The notes under the pieces are model-generated. The model ran no database searches. It saw only the letters and a list, made by a program, of their open reading frames with translations, and was not told the origin of the DNA. The translations under genes and the position numbers were made by a program. A DNA stretch of 63,954 bases, counting the filler, from Piptocephalis cylindrospora (taxonomy: Eukaryota), in the NCBI GenBank assembly GCA_003614145.1. It is 4 parts of 4 records of this genome, joined end to end, with 100 filler letters (N's around TTAATTAATTAA, not from the genome) between each part and the next. Parts side by side here need not be neighbours in the genome. Positions count along the whole stretch, not along the records: positions 53,051 to 63,954 come from KZ988013.1; 3 more parts are not named here. One strand, given 5' to 3'. Within the stretch, counting starts at the first letter, position 1, and every line of letters starts with the position of its first letter. Positions 61,050-63,954 of the stretch are shown one piece after another.

Positions 61050-61970
61050 ATTATCATGGCCAGTCATTCTTACTGAAGGAAAGGTAAGAGGGATGCTCAA
61101 AGTGGTAAAAAGGGAGGGCTCAGGGTTTTCAACTTTAATGTTTTGTGAATAACTGACCTCTTCCAGACAGGGACAGTAACTATGAACCTTCTTAGTCCTG
61201 CAGTTGTTAACTTGGTGTGGAGGCCCCAAAAATTATGACTTTTCTATCTATGACCCTTTTTGGTTATCACCACAAGGGTGTATATACAGTGTATCGTGAA
61301 AGTGAGCCGACATCTATGCTACCATGGACCCCCTTCTTCATCGTTCTTCTTCTGGAAACCATTCTTGATGAAACAAAATGCACTAGACGCATATGGATCA
61401 TACAATCAAGAAGAACCAAGATAGTTTTAAATTAATCCATAACCCACTGCAGAAATCAAGAAATTATGATATAGATCAAACCATAAGGCATCGATTCCTT
61501 GAATGTCCGACTTCCCAGGATCTTTGGTCCTACGCGTACCATCATTTGATGGACGGAAAAAGAGGTGATGAATGGGAGGACATGGACTTATCACTTGATA
61601 GTCTTCCGGGATCACTAGGTTTTGAACCTAGTCTCCTGGTCATCAAATGCACATTTTGGTGTATTTATCAATATATTCTATGGGTCGTCTCAAGTACATC
61701 CGAGACGACGCTTAGTCCTGATTTAAAGTACGAATTACGGATATTGCTTCAGATACTGATGAGGGCCGAGAACGGCCATTGAAAGGGGAACGATGGAGAA
61801 ATGGGAGGAGAAATGGGAGAAATTAAAGAATAAGATAGGAGGGTCCGGAAAATTCATGGAGGAAGCGACGATTTTATGAAATTTATGAAAATTTTTGAGA
61901 TGAATCTGTGAAGGCTTTTAGGAGAAAGGGAAGATTATAATTTTCCCAATGCATTTCGCTGTTTACTACT
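61050..61970 (+). mobile_element. 5'-truncated non-LTR retrotransposon copy 3
   Basis: Encodes QTIRHRFLECPTSQDLW...FWCIY (zf-RVT-like) and, upstream, GKKGGLRVFN; ends TTTCGCTGTTTACTACT like copies 1 and 2. Confidence 0.7.
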
Positions 61971-62924
61971 TTAGCTACGTATCATCTTACTAGTGGACTT
62001 TGACTGCCTTATCATCCCATATGAACCCACGGCCTCAAACAGATGACTAAGCGAGTTAATTAGAGGGATGGCATTCCTGGTCTCAGTATCAAATCGACTT
62101 TTACAGCCAGCAGCTATGGGCAGAATTAAATGCTTATAACTGGGATGGTCTAAGTAGCTGCGGATTGCTGTTGGACATAATTCCAACCATGAAAAGGCGT
62201 ATTTCATGGCGTCGTGGGCCTGAGAAGGAAATGGGATGCCATAGACCTTCCAGTAGGCTCGAGCAAAGCGAATAGCCATGTCAAAGGCCTGTAGAGGATC
62301 CTTGGTAAAGCAGTCAAGAATCTGAGTAGGGTTTGGAGGGATCAGACAATGAGTGTAATCACGAGTCAGAGAGATCCATTTGTGAAATGATTCCTCTTCG
62401 CTCAAGAGTTGAAAGTATTTAGCCTTGCTTTTGTCCGATCCATTCGTTGTGATATCCTTGTTTTTTCGGACTGCAAGAAGCTGCTCAGCCACATGCTCAT
62501 ACTCCTTCACTTTCTTCATGATCTCATCTATGCTCCATACACAGGACCGCTCAGGAGTTGATTTTTTTGGCGAATCCACCTTAGTCTTGACCTCAACGGC
62601 TTTTTGGATTCTGAGCCATTGTAATTTTAAAAGGACGGGGCGTCCTTTACGATCTAACTCTATCTTGGAACGTTCATCGACCGAGAGATCGTCTAGCATG
62701 CTAGAATCCGAGTAGTCCGAGGCCGTGGAGGAGGCCATAGAGGAGATACTGGGCCGGTTGGAGGAAGATTTCTTCCAGGGGAGGAGCCGAGAGAAGCTCC
62801 TGAACCGTCTAGAGAGAGAATTGGGAAAAGATGCGACGGAGGGAGTAGAGGAGGAGGGGTAAGAGGTGATGACCGAGGTCAGTGCCATTAGGATGGCAAA
62901 GAAAGCAATGATAGGCTTGTGCAT
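61971..62924 (-). CDS. Orphan secreted protein (317 aa)
   Basis: Signal peptide MHKPIIAFFAILMALTSVITSYP, LSRR dibasic site, Ser-rich linker, Cys-containing helical-looking C-terminus. Intronless. Confidence 0.75.
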   Translation of the reverse strand: MHKPIIAFFAILMALTSVITSYPSSSTPSVASFPNSLSRRFRSFSRLLPWKKSSSNRPSISSMASSTASDYSDSSMLDDLSVDERSKIELDRKGRPVLLKLQWLRIQKAVEVKTKVDSPKKSTPERSCVWSIDEIMKKVKEYEHVAEQLLAVRKNKDITTNGSDKSKAKYFQLLSEEESFHKWISLTRDYTHCLIPPNPTQILDCFTKDPLQAFDMAIRFARAYWKVYGIPFPSQAHDAMKYAFSWLELCPTAIRSYLDHPSYKHLILPIAAGCKSRFDTETRNAIPLINSLSHLFEAVGSYGMIRQSKSTSKMIRS

Positions 62925-63689
62925 TGATAAATAAGATCAATTGAGGGAGAGAGTAGGGGGGACGTTACGTTTCCAGAATGATGAGAGAATGGTGCCTTTT
63001 CGAGAAAAAGTAGGGAGGATCCAAGGTAGCGAAAGGTGGCGGGTGTAAGTTCGTGTCTGAAGTCTTAAGAGAAAGGGTATTACTGTCAGCGAGAAGGTAA
63101 TCAGTAAGTAGGGGATGGGAAGATGAAAAAGAAGCAAAGAGAGAGGAGCGGTGCTAGGATTTCCCGTCCAATATTAAGCCTCCCTACTTGACCCATTTCC
63201 CTGATGGGGCCCAGAATATTCATGGTTGGCCAGGTCCCAGAGAAAGACTCGGCGATAGAAGAGACTGCTTCGCAGTATAGGATAGGAGTGAGTTTACTCC
63301 GCTCTATCTCCGCTGTGAGCCACTCTTCATAAAGTCTAGTCGCAGGACCTTTTCCCCCTTTCCTTCTTTTTGAAACAGTGGGTGTTCAATCCTACTACTT
63401 TTTACCATCTGTCCCCGTCCATCCTGGCTCATCCTATATATCTAGTAATTGGCTAGTCTGCTTACTCTGACTCTCATCCTTTTTCTTATGACCAGACTTT
63501 ATGATCTTGGTCATGTTCCGTCTCATTCGGTTCACAAGCCCTTTTCCTCTACAATCCTGACACAACCTCCCCTCCCCCCTCCCCCTCCCCTACACACACA
63601 CAGATAGACAGACAGACTTAAACATTCCGCACAGCGATGGAAGCACCTAACAGTGGGCAAGTGACGGGAAGAGAAAGGAGGAACCGATT

Positions 63690-63953
63690 TCATTCTTTTG
63701 ACTCATCCTCTTCAAGTTCCCTTTGTAACATGGCTTCCAGATCATCCATGTCCTCTTCTGAACCCTCCTTTGAACCATCCTTACTGCTGTACACATGTGC
63801 CTCGCCTGCATCATTGATAGCTTTGTCTTCTGGATAGGATAACGCTGGCTCATCCTCCTCTTCGGCCTCGCTCGAACTATCATCATCCCCATTGATGTGC
63901 GAGTTATCCCCATTTCTTTCCCCCTTCTCATCTTGTTCGCGCTCCCACTCCTC
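63690..63953 (-). CDS. Acidic C-terminal end of a gene entering from outside the window (possibly FCP1 CTD phosphatase)
   Basis: Open frame EEWEREQDE...EEDMDDLEAMLQRELEEDESKE* resembles the terminal TFIIF-binding helix of FCP1; partial. Confidence 0.4.
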   Translation of the reverse strand, partial: EEWEREQDEKGERNGDNSHINGDDDSSSEAEEEDEPALSYPEDKAINDAGEAHVYSSKDGSKEGSEEDMDDLEAMLQRELEEDESKE

Positions 63954-63954
63954 C

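Overview
Gene-dense eukaryotic DNA with short GT-AG introns (mostly 60-150 nt), from an early-diverging fungus; the gene content and style are compatible with a compact zoopagomycete, Piptocephalis-like genome (inference). It is a scaffold with three 100-nt N gaps, each carrying an artificial TTAATTAATTAA linker. About 25 protein genes can be modelled: DENND6-like, a stand-alone DALR anticodon-binding (DALRD3-like) protein, RPS21, RPC11, RPL1/uL1, two tandem 7TM-RGS receptors, AIP1/WDR1, MTQ2/HEMK2, BZZ1, a DH/PH-like protein, KEX2, CCC1/VIT1, MutY, RFA2, ERJ5, IDH1, ATG5, a DNF3-like P4-ATPase, NME6-like NDK and three orphan secreted proteins. There is also a tRNA-Lys(UUU), a probable solo LTR and three 5'-truncated copies of one non-LTR retrotransposon. 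The most notable observations are the fungal DALRD3-like protein, the 7TM-RGS pair, a structured RPL1 intron with a PTC-generating alternative donor (possible autoregulation), a Kex2-processed acidic NY-repeat secreted peptide, and a clustered CTCCG(ACAC) motif near the secreted-protein genes. All identifications come from motif recognition by eye; no database searches were run.
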